From Vicugna vicugna (Eukaryota), in NCBI GenBank assembly GCA_013265495.1, contig MU058221.1, forward strand, positions 2,728,001-2,792,000: a stretch of 64,000 nt of DNA, in the 5' to 3' direction. The notes below the pieces were generated by a model, which worked only from the letters and a program-made list of their open reading frames with translations, searched no databases and was not told where the DNA came from. A program made the translations under genes and the position numbers. This document shows positions 49,306 to 61,873 of this stretch, in pieces. Numbering within the stretch: position 1 is the first letter of the stretch; each line of letters starts with the position of its first letter.

Positions 49306-52300
49306 TGAAACCCACCTCTGAAGTCTCTCAGGAGGATTCAGTCTAGATCTTCCTCACCTCTGGTTTAGGATCTCGATCCGCGCTAGAACAGGGCGACCGT
49401 GATTTTTATCTGCTCGCTGAACTCTGACTTCATTACTCCTGGAATGTCATCATCCTGTGGCCTCGTGTGCACTCCACATATAGAAGTATCGCAAGAATTT
49501 AAAACTTTATTTCCAACTTTGATCACCCTTTCAGGGCATAAGCTATGAAGAGCGATCCAGGATTTCTGACAAATAGCAGTAAAAGTGGTGTCTACATTTT
49601 TAGATGAAATTCAGAAAGTAGAAAGAAGCTTCTATTTATGTAACCCTGTATCAGAAACTCTGTTAATATATAATGTGTGAATCACAAAGGCGATGCTGTG
49701 TTTTGTCTTAATTAGGGAGAGGCAGGATCGGCAACCTATTTGAAGTCCTTTGAGAAGTTTTCTGTCTCAGTGTTACTTTGGGAGTGTCTACCTTTTTCAC
49801 GGTTCAAGTGTTGGGAGAAGTCATAGTGAAACTAACACCTTAAGTTCTGTCAAGATGGATCATTGTCCTATAAACTTTTGTTCTGCTGTCTTATCACTTT
49901 GAAAACTAAACAGGCTACAACTGAAACAGGAAAGAGAGCAGCAAAATGTGGGGAGCAAAGGTATGTTGGTTAAGGAGCAGTGGCAGTTGGCTAAACCCTA
50001 AATAAATCGGCACCAAATGCACGGAGGAGTGGAGCGTGGAGGAGGGGCTTCGTAAGGGTCAGATCCAGAAAAACACTGACTTTTGGTAAGAAAACTGAAC
50101 GTCTTGTCAGTTACAATAAGTATCAAACTGAATGTGTTCAAGTTCTAGATTTTACCGTCTTGGGGAGCGTAATAAAGTCATTGGGATATTAATGCTATCT
50201 TGCCCTCTGAGTTCCTCTTTGAAAAGTAAAGATTCCACACCTCTTCCTCTACCATTTTCCCCTCCTTGTAAGGTTGATGACATTTTCTGTCCCAACCTCT
50301 TGTTTCTGCCTCTTCTGACGATGCCGCGCCCACAGCACTTGTTCATACCAAGTGTTGCTCATGCCAAAACCCCACCTCCTGAATCTCCAGATTCTTTACA
50401 CCATGCTGGACGCCCTTCTCCAAACCTGGGGTTTCAGAGCAACAGTGGATGTGTTTGGGGCCCCAGAGCATCCCTTAGGGAAATGGTCCCTTTCGAGCTT
50501 AGCTTTCTTCTGTCTCCCTTGGCACAGAGTCAGGGCTTGAGGCAGATGGAGAAGGACAGCATGTGACCTCCTGCATTTCCCTTCTTCCCTGGTCTTCCCC
50601 AGGGTGACCTTGCAGAAACAAAACAAAGCAACACAGCTCCTCTCCCCCTTTAGACTCCCCCAAAGGTCTTCACGCAGCAGGTCCAGTGGGCCGGGGGGGG
50701 GTGGGCAGTGGATTCCAGCTGACAGTTCTTAAGGTCGACTGTCAAGCATTCGCTCACAGGCACAGTTCCTGAGGGGCTGCCTCACTCGTGGCTGTTGGTC
50801 ACATTGGCTTCTGTTACGTTCTGGGCCGTGAGCTGGGACTTTATTTTCCCAGAGCCTTATTCTATAAGGCGGGGTACAGCCTTTAGGATAATGCATTTAT
50901 CTCTTACTAAAACATCTGAGTTTTGAAAAGATTCAAAGAAACGAAAGGAACAGAGACGACTATAACTACCACCCCCACGTGTAACGAACATTACCATTTG
51001 CCGATACCTGCTTCCCACTATTACTTATTTCAGAATCAGGATTCACTGGAGGCCTCCTTAGGATGTCTGCCTTATCCCTTCCACTCTCAGTGATAACCAC
51101 CGTAACATAAGGTTGCATCTCTCCTTTCACAGCATGTGTAATAAAAATGCATGGATGTTTAATTATGCACAGTACTCTTGTGCGTTTAAAAATTTCTTAC
51201 AAATGACGTCTCTTTTCAGTTTGCTGTTCCCAGTCAATGCTTGATGTCAGGGCTTATTCGCTATAATATACTGTCTGTTTCCTAATTTATATCCTTCAGT
51301 TCATTTTATCCCATCCAGATGTATTATCTGTGAACCTGGGGTGAGCAGGTGACAGTCCTGAGTTAGAGGGCTCTGAATAGGTCTGGGTTAGAGCTGAAAG
51401 AACTCCCTTAACGTAGCTATTATTCCTGGGTTAAATATAACACTTGTTATTATTAACTCTTGGAAAAGTCAACCTCACAAGAAACAAATCTAACTGTAGA
51501 GACACAAAGACATTCCTGGGTCCCCAGTGTCCTCAGGCTCCTAACCAGGATCTCCTCCAAGCCCTAGCTAATGTCTCAACTCACGGGTGGGGACTGGAAA
51601 ATTACATTTTACTAGAGTTTGACAAAGCATTTGCCAAAATGGCGCATTTCCATTTTCGCTCCATCTATAGTAGAAGGGTTCCTTTCTTATTTTCCCCACA
51701 TGCTCAATAAGATGGATATTTTAAGCTTTAATTTGTTTGCCCATTCCCCCAACAGGTTTGAAATGATATCTTATTGTTCACACTGTAATTTTTTCCAATC
51801 ATTGGTGAACTCAAGCGTCTTATGTATTTATCAATAATATGGGATTTCCTTTTTGTGAACTGCCTTTCCAATCCTTCGTCTGTTTTTCTATTTTTTCCCT
51901 AATTGACTTAAAGGACTATTGATCTTACCTACATGTGGGAGTACCAATCATTGGTCAGTTATACAAAAGGGATGAAACTTTGCACAGCTAAGTGCCATCG
52001 TATCAATCTGAAATCGTTGACGGTCATGATGGCAGCTTAGACAGCAAATGGAATTAATATTATTTAGAATGTTCAGTTTGAGAAAAGAAATGAATTTGCA
52101 GTTTCATTTAAGAAAAGTACTCAGACGAAAATGTCAAACACATCCAAAAATGTTTTCATGTTTAAGGAAGTAGATTTCAGCTCTCTGGATCATGTAGCAC
52201 GTGAAACAGTCTATTCCCATCACAAGTGGATAGCTGAAACGGTCTGAGTTTAACGTGGTGGTTTTTAGAAATATATTTTTATTTGATTCATATCTGCAGC

Positions 52301-53159
52301 AATATGGCTCGGTGTCTCCAAACTCCTTTTATATAAAACGCAGTTCAAAGGCCCAAATGAAAAATTCAAATAGCGTACAGAGCCAGTCTCAGTAATTTAC
52401 TCACAGGAGGAAATTCACCTCTTGCCATGCTTTCGTTTTGACCATTTCTAGTGAAAGACTGGTTACTCCATTTTCCTCCGGCCCTTCTTTTTTAAAAAAA
52501 AATAATGTTTGACTTTTCCTAGCAGAAATACATTTTTCTAGGAATGTTTTATCTTGAATATTCTGACCCTAGGGAGTAAAGTAATTTAGCAGAGTTTCTC
52601 ACAATCGGGATTAAAACGGATGTTAATGTATCCTTGGAGGATAAAAATGACTGTACCAACGAATCAGGCGTGAAAGTTTAAAAATGGAAATAGATGAATG
52701 ATGTTTCTCTCTGATTGTCCTTGTAAATAAAATGAATCGTGTTTTTGGCTTCCATTTGCCATATGGATTGACTATTACAAGGTAACAGCTGAAAGATTGA
52801 ATTTTCATTTTTGAGCGTCAGTAAATCGGCAGTATTTTTAAAGTAGCCAGTGGAAGTATTCCAGATATTCCACTGGGTTTTCTTTCCGCCGTCTTCCAGT
52901 GTGTCCTTGCTGAAAGAGGAGTCTGCATTTTAAATACATTTTTAATTTTAATTTAATATTTAAATAAATAATTCAAATCCGTTTCAAAATGTGTGTATAT
53001 CTGTGTGCGTTTTATCTTGCAATCAACAAACCTGGTAAAATGGAACTACATCAAATTTATCTTTGAGTCCGTTGATCTCTTTTCATAGCCTTTCTGCTGG
53101 AAAATCCTGGGGTCTCCCCTCTCCCCTCTTAGGCAGTCTTTCCACATTTGTGTGCATGA

Positions 53160-53290
53160 GCCCATTAAATCCCAATTTTATAGACAGAGAAACAGATTTA
53201 GAAGGGTTCAGGAGACTTGGCCAAGGGTTCACAGCTAGGAACTAGCAGAAGTTGAACTCAGCTCAGGTTAGGGTAACATGAAATCTGGAC
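53160..53290 (-). mobile_element. MIR relic
   Basis: cccaattttatagacagagaaacagatttagaagggttcaggagacttggccaagggttcacagcta. Confidence 0.7.
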
Positions 53291-53568
53291 TCACACACAG
53301 TATTTATTACCGCACTACCTTGCGCAGGTTTCCGAAACTTGCTCTGTTGCATGCCATCGCCATTCAGGGAGCAGCGGTTTGCCTCCCCTGCTGCAGGTGA
53401 GTAGCACAAAGACCACTAAATTGGATCCGCCCCAAACTGGACAGGTGGGCGCCCGGCTCCACTGAAATGTTGGAATGTCCACAGCCTGCCGCCTCCTCTA
53501 GGGGCCGCCACAAGGGAGCATGGAAGGACGGCTGCCTAATCCACTGCTTTTCACTTTGTTCGACCCAG

Positions 53569-53720
53569 TGATGCCGCGCTTTGCTGAGCAAGTAGAGGTT
53601 GCCATCGAAGCCCTGAGTGCCAGCGTCCCTCAACCGTTTGAGGAGAACGAGTTCATCGACGCCTCCCGCCTGGTGTACGACGGCGTTCGGGACATCAGGA
53701 AGGCCGTGCTGATGATCAGG
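53569..53720 (+). CDS. CTNNA2: Alpha-N-catenin coding exon (probable exon 13), (V)MPRFAEQVEVAIEALSASVPQPFEENEFIDASRLVYDGVRDIRKAVLMIR
   Basis: Acceptor tttgttcgacccag|, donor agg|gtatgt. 152 bp, phase 1/0. Confidence 0.97.
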
Positions 53721-54465
53721 GTATGTGCGCCTCTGGAGCTCAGAGCTGGTTGGAGCTTCGCGTAAGGACCCCGGAGAATTTACTGGTTGTGTTTTAATTA
53801 TTTAGTTTTACGTGGTAAATCAGCGCAGGGGTGCCTCTGCCATTCTCCACATGCTCCTCTTGCTAACGCTATTCCCCAAGAGGATAAGAAAGCCACAGAA
53901 TGGAAAGAGACGAGATTACTCCACTTAGTAGCAGTGACAGTGATGATAGTCATGATGATGATGATGGTGACAATAAGGCGATTCCTGGCTACATTCTCCT
54001 GGTAAAAGGTAATTCAGACACTATAAATAAAGCTGAATAACCTTTCAGCAAACCTCTCCCTGTCGCCTACTCCACCAGCTTCCCAACCTCAGTCTTCTGT
54101 TGTCGGGTAGATCTGAGCCTCCCAAACCATTGCTTTTGCCATTATATGTAGACACACTAGAAAACGTAATACAGGAGACTTTAAAACTCATTTCAGCGTT
54201 AGTTGCAACTTGCTTTTCTCACTCACAGTGTGCCTTCATCTCTCTCTATTCAGACATGTAGCTTACTGCATTCCATTTAACTGCCGTGTAATATTCCATA
54301 ATAAGAGGAGAATTTTTTTTTCTCCTTGCCTTATCAACAGTTTGGCCTAATAGTTTCTGAACAGTTTTTTAAGCCACAGAATTCTTTCTTCAAATAAACT
54401 TCAATGTTCAAAAGCATAATCGATGACACAGAGGCGGACGCGATGCTTCAGCAGCGCTAGTCCTA

Positions 54466-54686
54466 AAGCATGCTATCCAATAGAAATATCATGGGAGCCA
54501 CGTTCATGATTTGGTATTTCTAGTAGACACATTGACAAAGCAAAAAAACAGCTGAAATTAATTTTAATAATATATTTTATGTAACTGAATGTGTCCAAAA
54601 CTATCATTTTGACGTGTGGCACTAGCCACAGTTAAAGTGCTCAGTAGCTCCATGTGGCTGGTGGCTGCCATATTGGATGAGGCAGC
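54466..54686. mobile_element. hAT-Charlie MITE (MER33-like), internally deleted
   Basis: gctatccaatagaaatatcatgggagccac…gcactagccacagttaaagtgctcagtagctccatgtggctggtggctgccatattgga. Confidence 0.8.
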
Positions 54687-56633
54687 CCTGGGCTGTATCC
54701 CCATCCTCAGCCTCCAGAGTTGTCATCTCGGAGGCAGCTCAACAGAATCACAAGTTATCTTCTGAGTGCATCTTGAAAAACTTTCTCTAACATCCCTTCA
54801 AACACTGCAAAACAATAAATAATTCATCTTCTGTGTGTGGTCCCTCAGATGTTTCAAGAAGTATCTGTGATACATGGTTCTCTCCACACAATACACACCA
54901 AGTTCTACAAGGATTTTATATATGGCATTAATTCTTCCCCCAAATCCTGGTATCTTTGAAGTCAATAAACCTATGCCTGGTCCTCTTCAGCTGTGGTACC
55001 CAGAACACAACATGATGCTTCCAAGGTGACCTGAGCAGGTGGAGGAGAGCATCACCAGAAAGAGTCTCTCTCCCCTTTCTGTTGACATTAGAGCTTGTCC
55101 TGAAACATCCACTGAACTTCTTCACTCGGGAGCACAAATAGCATCTTCTGATCTCATCCTTAAGCAGCTTGACTGTTCTCAAATTAAATACGTCTTTCTT
55201 TCATAATAACTCCATGATTAATTCAGAGCCTTGCATAAATCGTGTCAGACAATGCTAATTAACTGTAACAATGTGACGTTCAACTTTGGACTTTGGAGAC
55301 TGTCAGATGTATTTCCTGTTCTTCTAACTTGCCCATTTTTGATCTGTCAGACTCTTAACCATCTTTAAAGACCTGTTTCAAATCTTCTTTCCCTCAATTT
55401 TCTCCCTCCAAAATATTGACCCTATTCTTTAACTCCTTGTAACTCCTTCTGCTTATGATAGTATTTATTACGCTATTTTCTTGTATGTCTGTTACCTTCT
55501 TTAGACTGATATTTGGGAAAGCAAAGGCTGTCTTTTTTTTTTTTTCCTTCACTATGGTGTGTTGTCTGGCAGTGTTTAATACTATGTATGTTGGGGGAAA
55601 AGAAAAGCAGTTACCTATAGAGATAGGAAGGAGACAGAAAAGATATGAGAACTGGAGGAGAAGGTAGTCAGCCTTTTAAGCACATAACAAATTACATCAT
55701 TTTTTCCATTCTATAGTAACTTGTGAAATAAGGTAATAGACCATGAGAGTTATGTTTTCAAGGCATTTGGCACTAAATTCCACTATAATCCTCAAGACAT
55801 ATTCCCTCTTTTGCCATTTTTCTGCTTTGTTAGCCTTCACATTTTTGTGACAACTATTCATCTGGGAGGCTGAGGAAGTTCATAGCCATCATTCATTTAT
55901 TCATTCACGAGCTGTAAAAAAAAACATAATTTTAGATAAAAATGCCGTATCTTTGTTACATGAACTGTCATCCCTCCATCTCAACATTTCTAGTGATTTG
56001 ATCGGATGGATTTCACACCACTTTTAAAACTTAGGAAGGGAGAAAAGTACAGTATGTAAAAATTGTTATTTTTAAAATCTTTCTCCACTCAGCACCCAGC
56101 GGCTTCATTTTGTACTGAAATTCTTGGTTTACTTCTGAGTATAATGATTAAGTCTACTTAAAAAAAAATTGCACTAAATCAGAAAGAAAGATAAGTAGAG
56201 CTCTTTCCCAGCAGAACTAGACTTGCCTCCTTCCCTCCCAAAGTGTTGATTATGCTTTGGAAAAGTAAGAAAAAAAATTTGTTTTTTGCAAAAATAAATG
56301 CAGAAAGGACCTTGAACAGTCAGATCCTTCATCAACCTGCCTCTCAGCAATCAGTGCATATTTAATGGCGATGTGAGTATCTAGGCACTGCAGGCCAGCT
56401 CCAGGCAACCCTCTGAAGCAGGCAGAACTTGCCCTTCCTGTGCTCCAGCCTCACCTTCGGGACCCTACGTCTCTCTGGGAACAGGTCTGCTCCGTGTCTC
56501 TTCCATAAGACTAGTTTTTGCCTGCTTCTTACTAAAGCTTGTCCTTGGTGATCTGTCGGCCTCCTCAGAATTTTCTGATCACCCCAACGTGGTGGTTGAA
56601 AAAAGAAACAGGCAAGTCTGGCACAACAGCATG

Positions 56634-57268
56634 CACTGGATTCCCATTGTTTGCAGTGGTTTATGGTTGACGATGTTGCTGTGAAACCTGAACTGGAGAG
56701 TTCTGAAACAGCGCTCCTAGGGGAAATGCAGGGTTAGGCTCCTGTGAGCCTCGGGCCACGTTTCCATCAACTGATGAATATGTTAGTTTGTTTCATGTGT
56801 GTTTCTGTCTAAAGACACTTTATTTAATATGTATTATTGATACATTAAGGTGGAACGCACGGCCGGCGGTAACTCATGCCTGAGGGAAACTTATCTAAGA
56901 AGTGAGTTGTTTTCTGGAACATCACTACCTTCTGACATCTAAGAACCCTAAACAACAGTTCAGAAGAACTACATTTGGAAGCATTTTAAGCAGAGAAATA
57001 ACCATAAGAAAGCACAAAAATGGGGAAAAAATGTGGCTCTCAATAGACGGCAGAAAGGATTCTTGTTTATAGGTTAAAAGTTGAAATAAGAAAGCAGAAC
57101 GCTGCACTGTTTGCCTTCAGCTGGGAATATGCACATTGAGTGACTCAAAAATTTTGCCGCATTGCACATGTTGGTGAATAACTGCAAAAGGATTGATTTG
57201 GGGATTACAGAGACACTTTGGCCAGTAGGCAAATTCACAAAGGATCTGCAAATAAGGAGGAGCAAGTG
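56634..57268 (-). mobile_element. TcMar-Tigger non-autonomous element (MER82-like), near full length
   Basis: gctcctaggggaaatgcagggttagg…tgtgtgtttctgtctaaagacac…aaagcacaaaaatg…cagctgggaa…gactcaaaatttt…attgatttggggattaca match the recalled MER82 consensus in reverse. Confidence 0.8.
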
Positions 57269-57554
57269 TGTAGTCAAGGCACAAAGTGTTGAACATTTAA
57301 TGTTGGAAATTTAAGTAAGTAGGTAGGCTACAAGGCGGTAATATCTTGGTGTCAGTATATCCATGTTCAACAGAACAGTAGTTGCTTTTCCTGGAATGAC
57401 CCTGAAAAAAATCTATAATGATATCTATACACTAAAGTTTTGTAATTGGAACCCATTAATTTGGCCACATACGAAACTTTTGAAAGCAAGGCAGAGAAAC
57501 AGTAGGGCCTAGGGCAGGGTTCAGGGTTCAGATAAAGTTCTGCAGCTTAACTTC

Positions 57555-57972
57555 ACATCTCCCAAACTGGGCGTGACGATGCCCTGGAGCATTGCAAGTT
57601 ATTCCAAAATGTCAGGGGAAACACAGACATCTCTCAGATACCACGTGGCGTGTGAGCTGAAGGTAGTTCACAGTTCAAACGTCAGGTGGGTACGTTCCTT
57701 TTGGTGATATGTTGATCACATCACGTGTTTGTGATACAGGGATTCTGGTGATAAAAAGCAAGCGCCATGGACGTGCAGTTGTATTCCGAGGTTTGAGAAG
57801 GACTGTAACGGTGCAGCAGGTGCTAAACTGTTACGGCCAAACAACTTAGCCCATGTTTATGGTCCCACTGCTTAATCAACAGCACTGTTAGTTTTGCTTT
57901 GTTTTTTATTCTAGAGGCACCATGGAAAAATTATGGAGACAATGCTTGAAGCAGTGAAGTTTGGGGACCTGT
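57555..57972. mobile_element. Probable old hAT-Charlie relic
   Basis: Inverted ends tctcccaaactg … aagtttggggacc and an internal tccgaggtttgagaag; subfamily uncertain. Confidence 0.5.
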
Positions 57973-58404
57973 GGCTTAACCATTTTGGGGTCATCAACAT
58001 GCTATTTTCCTTCTCGATGCCTCGGTTTCCTGATCTGTAAATGCGGACAAATATGACCATAAAGCTCTAGTACAGGCCTGGCCCTAGTAGAGTCCCAGGA
58101 AATCTCTCCTTTTCTCATCCCGCCAGGACGGAATTTATCTCCGTGCCGCCAATTAATGAAACAGAATTTGTTAAGTAAGTCAGCAGTATTATCAGAATTG
58201 CAAGGACTGGAGTCAGAATAGTTGGCATAGCTAGAAAATTAAGGGTTGAAGAGACTTCAGAAACACCTTAGGTGACAACATCGATTTACCTATTACAGAT
58301 TGCTGTTGTCAGCGTGGTCCCATGAGGTCACTAGCTTCGTTTTCTTAACTCAATTAGAAATAATTTAATATGGTTTTTAAAAATGTTTTTGGTAATTTGA
58401 TGTT

Positions 58405-58930
58405 GGTTATTCGTTTATCAAATATTTGTTGAATGTTTACTAGGTGCCCTGAAAACAGACATGAAGAAAATCACGGAAATTGGTCCCAATCCTCAAGGAA
58501 TTTATATTCCTTTGGTGGGAAACAGAGAAGAAACAAGTACATGTAATATGCTAGTTACTGTGCCATGGAGACAGCCAAGGCGGTATGAGGGAGCCGGAGC
58601 GCAGGATGGCTGTGGATTTAATGAAGGGTGGTCCCTGGACGACATTTAAGGGAAGACTTGGAGGAGGAGGAGGAAACAAGCCATATGAGTATTAGGGGAC
58701 GTGTGTTCCAGGCAGAGAGGAGGGCACAGGTGCCCTAGAACCCACAATGAATGAGAGATGGGAGTCACTGAAGGGTTTGGAGCAGGAGAACCACATGATC
58801 TGAGTTAGATCTTACACGGGCCATCCTGGTTATGCTGGTGAGAACAGAACGTGTGGGGCAAGGGCAGAAGCAAAGAGCTATGTAAGTTAGGAGGCCTCCA
58901 GGGCAATGAGGATAGAGATACCAGTGGCCA
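58405..58930 (-). mobile_element. LINE-2 3' relic
   Basis: ttattcgtttatcaaatatttgttgaatgtttactaggtgcc…gtgttccaggcagaga…gggagtcactgaagggtttggagcaggagaaccacatgatctgagtt. Confidence 0.75.
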
Positions 58931-60069
58931 GTTGGTCCTTACTGGGGAGGTTTTGTTCTGTACTGGCATTCCAGTGATGTAGAGATCTGCTGGGAAGTCC
59001 TTCCTCATGCATCTCCCAAACTCCTGTTGCAGTGACCAACTTATGTCCTCATCTGTCTGCTCCCAATGGGACTCACTTACATTTGAGCCATTCCTTTAAA
59101 TGATCCTTAATACGTTTTTTCACACGTCCTGGTGAAACGACTCTAAATTCTTGTGCCTTTTCTCACTTTGCTTCTTTTCAGAAGCTGTTGTGGAGAAGAC
59201 TGAGAATTTGGTTAGGAACCAGGGCAGGTGATTGATCGTGTTCTGCAAATGATACACAGTGTGAACCTTGTACAAGTCCCGTGATGTTCTCGGGCCTCTC
59301 TGATAAGTGCAAATTAATCTGATAGACGCTTGGAAGGGAGAGACTTGAAAGGCCAAATAGTAGAGCCATAGAACCAAAAGCAGACCAAAGTGGTTCTTTA
59401 TTGTTGTAAAACGGCCGTCCCTGAGAGCACATAAGGGCGGAACTGAGGCTTGACCTTCAGTCTCCAGTCCTCCCATCCAGTGAGCTGCACCCTTTTTTTT
59501 TTGTTGCTTTTACCCTATGACATTATCTAATTATCTCCGGGCGCACTTGCAGACCTTCGCTATTTCTCCACGTCTCTTTTAGTTTGAGGAGGTCGTGACC
59601 AACCGAAAAATGACACCTCACACTTAAATTTAAGATGAATAATTAAGAAAATCACACCATGAACAGGCAACACACGTGCCGTTAGGAAATGTCACGTGCA
59701 CAGCGCTATGGATATGCGTGGCTTGAGCGAATTTGCTACGTGGTTAAGGCACAAGAAAATATTTTAATCTCATCCATTTGCCTGGTAGAATTTGTGTCGG
59801 CTAAAATCTCTGGAACTGTTGACTTGCTAGACGTGGTACCTTGGAAGATTTACTTAACAACTCTGAACCTGTTTATGTACATCTATAAAACTGGGATGAA
59901 ATTTATTTCATTGGGTCGTGGTGGGGATTAAATCCTTTAGCTGAATGCCTGGCCCACAGTGGGTGGTAAACACTGATGCTACGTCGGTGATGATGATGAC
60001 TGTAGTTGTTATTAGGTGCACATTTTATTAGTGAGCATAATAATCTCTGTAACTTATTTAGTTTTATTG

Positions 60070-60225
60070 TTTACAAAGCATTTTCACTTGTATTTGATCC
60101 TAGAATGCTGTGATGCAGACAGGGCAAGTCACATTTATTGTCTCCATTTTATAGAGTGAGGTGACAGAGAAGCAGAAAAGCTTAAGTGACTTGTGAAAGA
60201 CACACAGCCTGTCAGTGACATTCAG
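60070..60225 (-). mobile_element. MIR relic
   Basis: attgtctccattttatagagtgaggtgacagagaagcagaaaagcttaagtgacttg. Confidence 0.7.
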
Positions 60226-61189
60226 GCCCCGTGGGTCCACATGCAGGTTTTTTTTTTTTTCATTTTTAAACTTTATTTTGGTTCCTGAGCCGTAGCCACT
60301 CGAACACAAGCTCGTCATTACGAGCCTCATGCTGCCGGCTCGTGTTTGCCATTGACTCATGTCTGAACGCGCCGAGCACTGAAATGTTTGGACACAGTAT
60401 TATAGGCACTGTCATTTTCTCCTTTTTCCTGTTGAGTGAGGTTTTCCATTTTCTGTTCTCTCTCCTTTTCAAAAACTAATGATGAAAAGTGTGTGCAATC
60501 TTGTCATCTCCTCTGTCAGCAGAATTTACCAACTCGCTGTAATTGTGCCTCTGCACACTCCAGGAGAGTGAGAAATGAGCCGAGATGCTTGCCTCTGTCC
60601 ACAATGGAAGCACCACCAGTGAAGTGAACCAGGGTTTGCCCAGCGCGCCCCCTGCTTTAGTTAATAAAGCAGGGAACAAAACCTCTGTCTTCCCTCTTTC
60701 TTTTAATATCCCTGTGCAAGAAAATTGAACCTCTGTAGATGACTGAGTGAATGTTAATCAGGTTGATGGTGAGAGAGAAAGGAAACAAGAGGAATGTGCC
60801 AAAGCTTGGAAAATCCCTGGGCGTCATGTGATATTGGCACCAAGGACCCCATTTTATGCCTGTCTGACCAATCTCGAGACTTCATCAATAATGTACTTGA
60901 TTCATTGCCCCGAGGCAGCCAAGGAAGCCAGCAGAATGGAAATGTGTCCTTTTAGGTGGGGAGTGGGCAACTGCATACTCAGTGCTGCGTGTGATCCGTT
61001 CCTTCCTTTTGAAAAACAGAGCCCTGGGAGGTGGTACAACTGTGTGCCAAGAGCCAGGTTGTGGGTGACCGTCAGCTTTCAGACTAACGACAGCTGAGCT
61101 TAGAATCTCAGACTGATGCACTGTCTTCCCTTCCTGCGCCATCCTTGCCACCTCCTGAGTCCCTCCTCTTAGAATTAGCAGAGCATGGT

Positions 61190-61395
61190 AGTTTCGAGTG
61201 CATGCTTCAGACTGCCTGCCTTAGAAGACTCTGAACGAGGTATAACCTCTCGTGCCTCAGTTTCCTTATGTGCGACTTGGAGAAAACACATCATAGGACT
61301 GTCAAGACAACTGTATGAGTGAGCGTACTTCAAGCACTTAGAAAACAATGACTGGCACATGGAAAGCCATTAAAGCACATCATCTGTTATTATTA
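61190..61395 (+). mobile_element. MIR relic
   Basis: taacctctcgtgcctcagtttccttatgtg…aagcacttagaaaacaatgactggcacatgg. Confidence 0.65.
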
Positions 61396-61464
61396 AATAG
61401 GCAAAGAGGCTCCCAGTTGGCCATGTGGTCATGGAGATAAACAGTCAGTCCACTTAAAGCCATT

Positions 61465-61724
61465 GTATACCCAGATAGCCATTCTATTTTTCACTCTCAA
61501 TAGAGTATTTAACGCATTACATGAGATCGTCAACACTCTGTCGTAAAACAGGCTTCGTGTTGGATGATTTTGCCCAACTGTAGGGAACGGAAGTGTTCCG
61601 AGCATGCAGGTTAGGCTGAGCTTTGATGTTTGGTAGGCTGGTGTATTAAATGCTTTTTTGACTGAATTTCAACTTACAGTGGGTTTATTGGGACTTAACC
61701 CTGACGTAAGTCAAGGGAGAGCTG
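61465..61724. mobile_element. TcMar-Tigger MITE (MER47A-like), ending ~35 bp before the exon at 61760
   Basis: ccattctatttttcactctcaata…ttacatgagat…ggatgattttgcccaactgtagg…gtgtattaaatgc…caacttacagtgggtttattgggac…cgtaagtc. Confidence 0.8.
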
Positions 61725-61759
61725 TGTTTGATGTTATCTCTTTTCCTCTGTATGTTTAG

Positions 61760-61873
61760 ACCCCAGAGGAACTAGAGGACGATTCAGACTTTGAGCAGGA
61801 AGATTATGATGTGCGTAGCCGGACGAGTGTTCAGACTGAGGACGACCAGCTCATTGCCGGGCAGAGCGCACGG
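61760..61873 (+). CDS. CTNNA2: Alpha-N-catenin coding exon (probable exon 14), TPEELEDDSDFEQEDYDVRSRTSVQTEDDQLIAGQSAR; acidic phospho-linker before the actin-binding domain
   Basis: Acceptor ttttcctctgtatgtttag|, donor cgg|gtaagt. 114 bp = 38 codons, phase 0/0. DDSDFE and RSRTSVQT match the CK2/CK1-phosphorylated linker of alpha-catenins. Confidence 0.96.

Noticed and set aside
52847..52876. Hairpin ccagtggaagtat-tccag-atattccactgg as a pre-miRNA
   Set aside because: A stem of about 12 bp with a bulge is far too short for a Drosha substrate and is plausible by chance.
61690..61724. Transposon-donated branch point for the exon at 61760
   Set aside because: cttaac and cctgac in the MER47-like element lie about 55-65 nt upstream, but a yTnAy (ttgat, near 61728-61732) sits at a normal distance outside the element, so no exaptation is needed.
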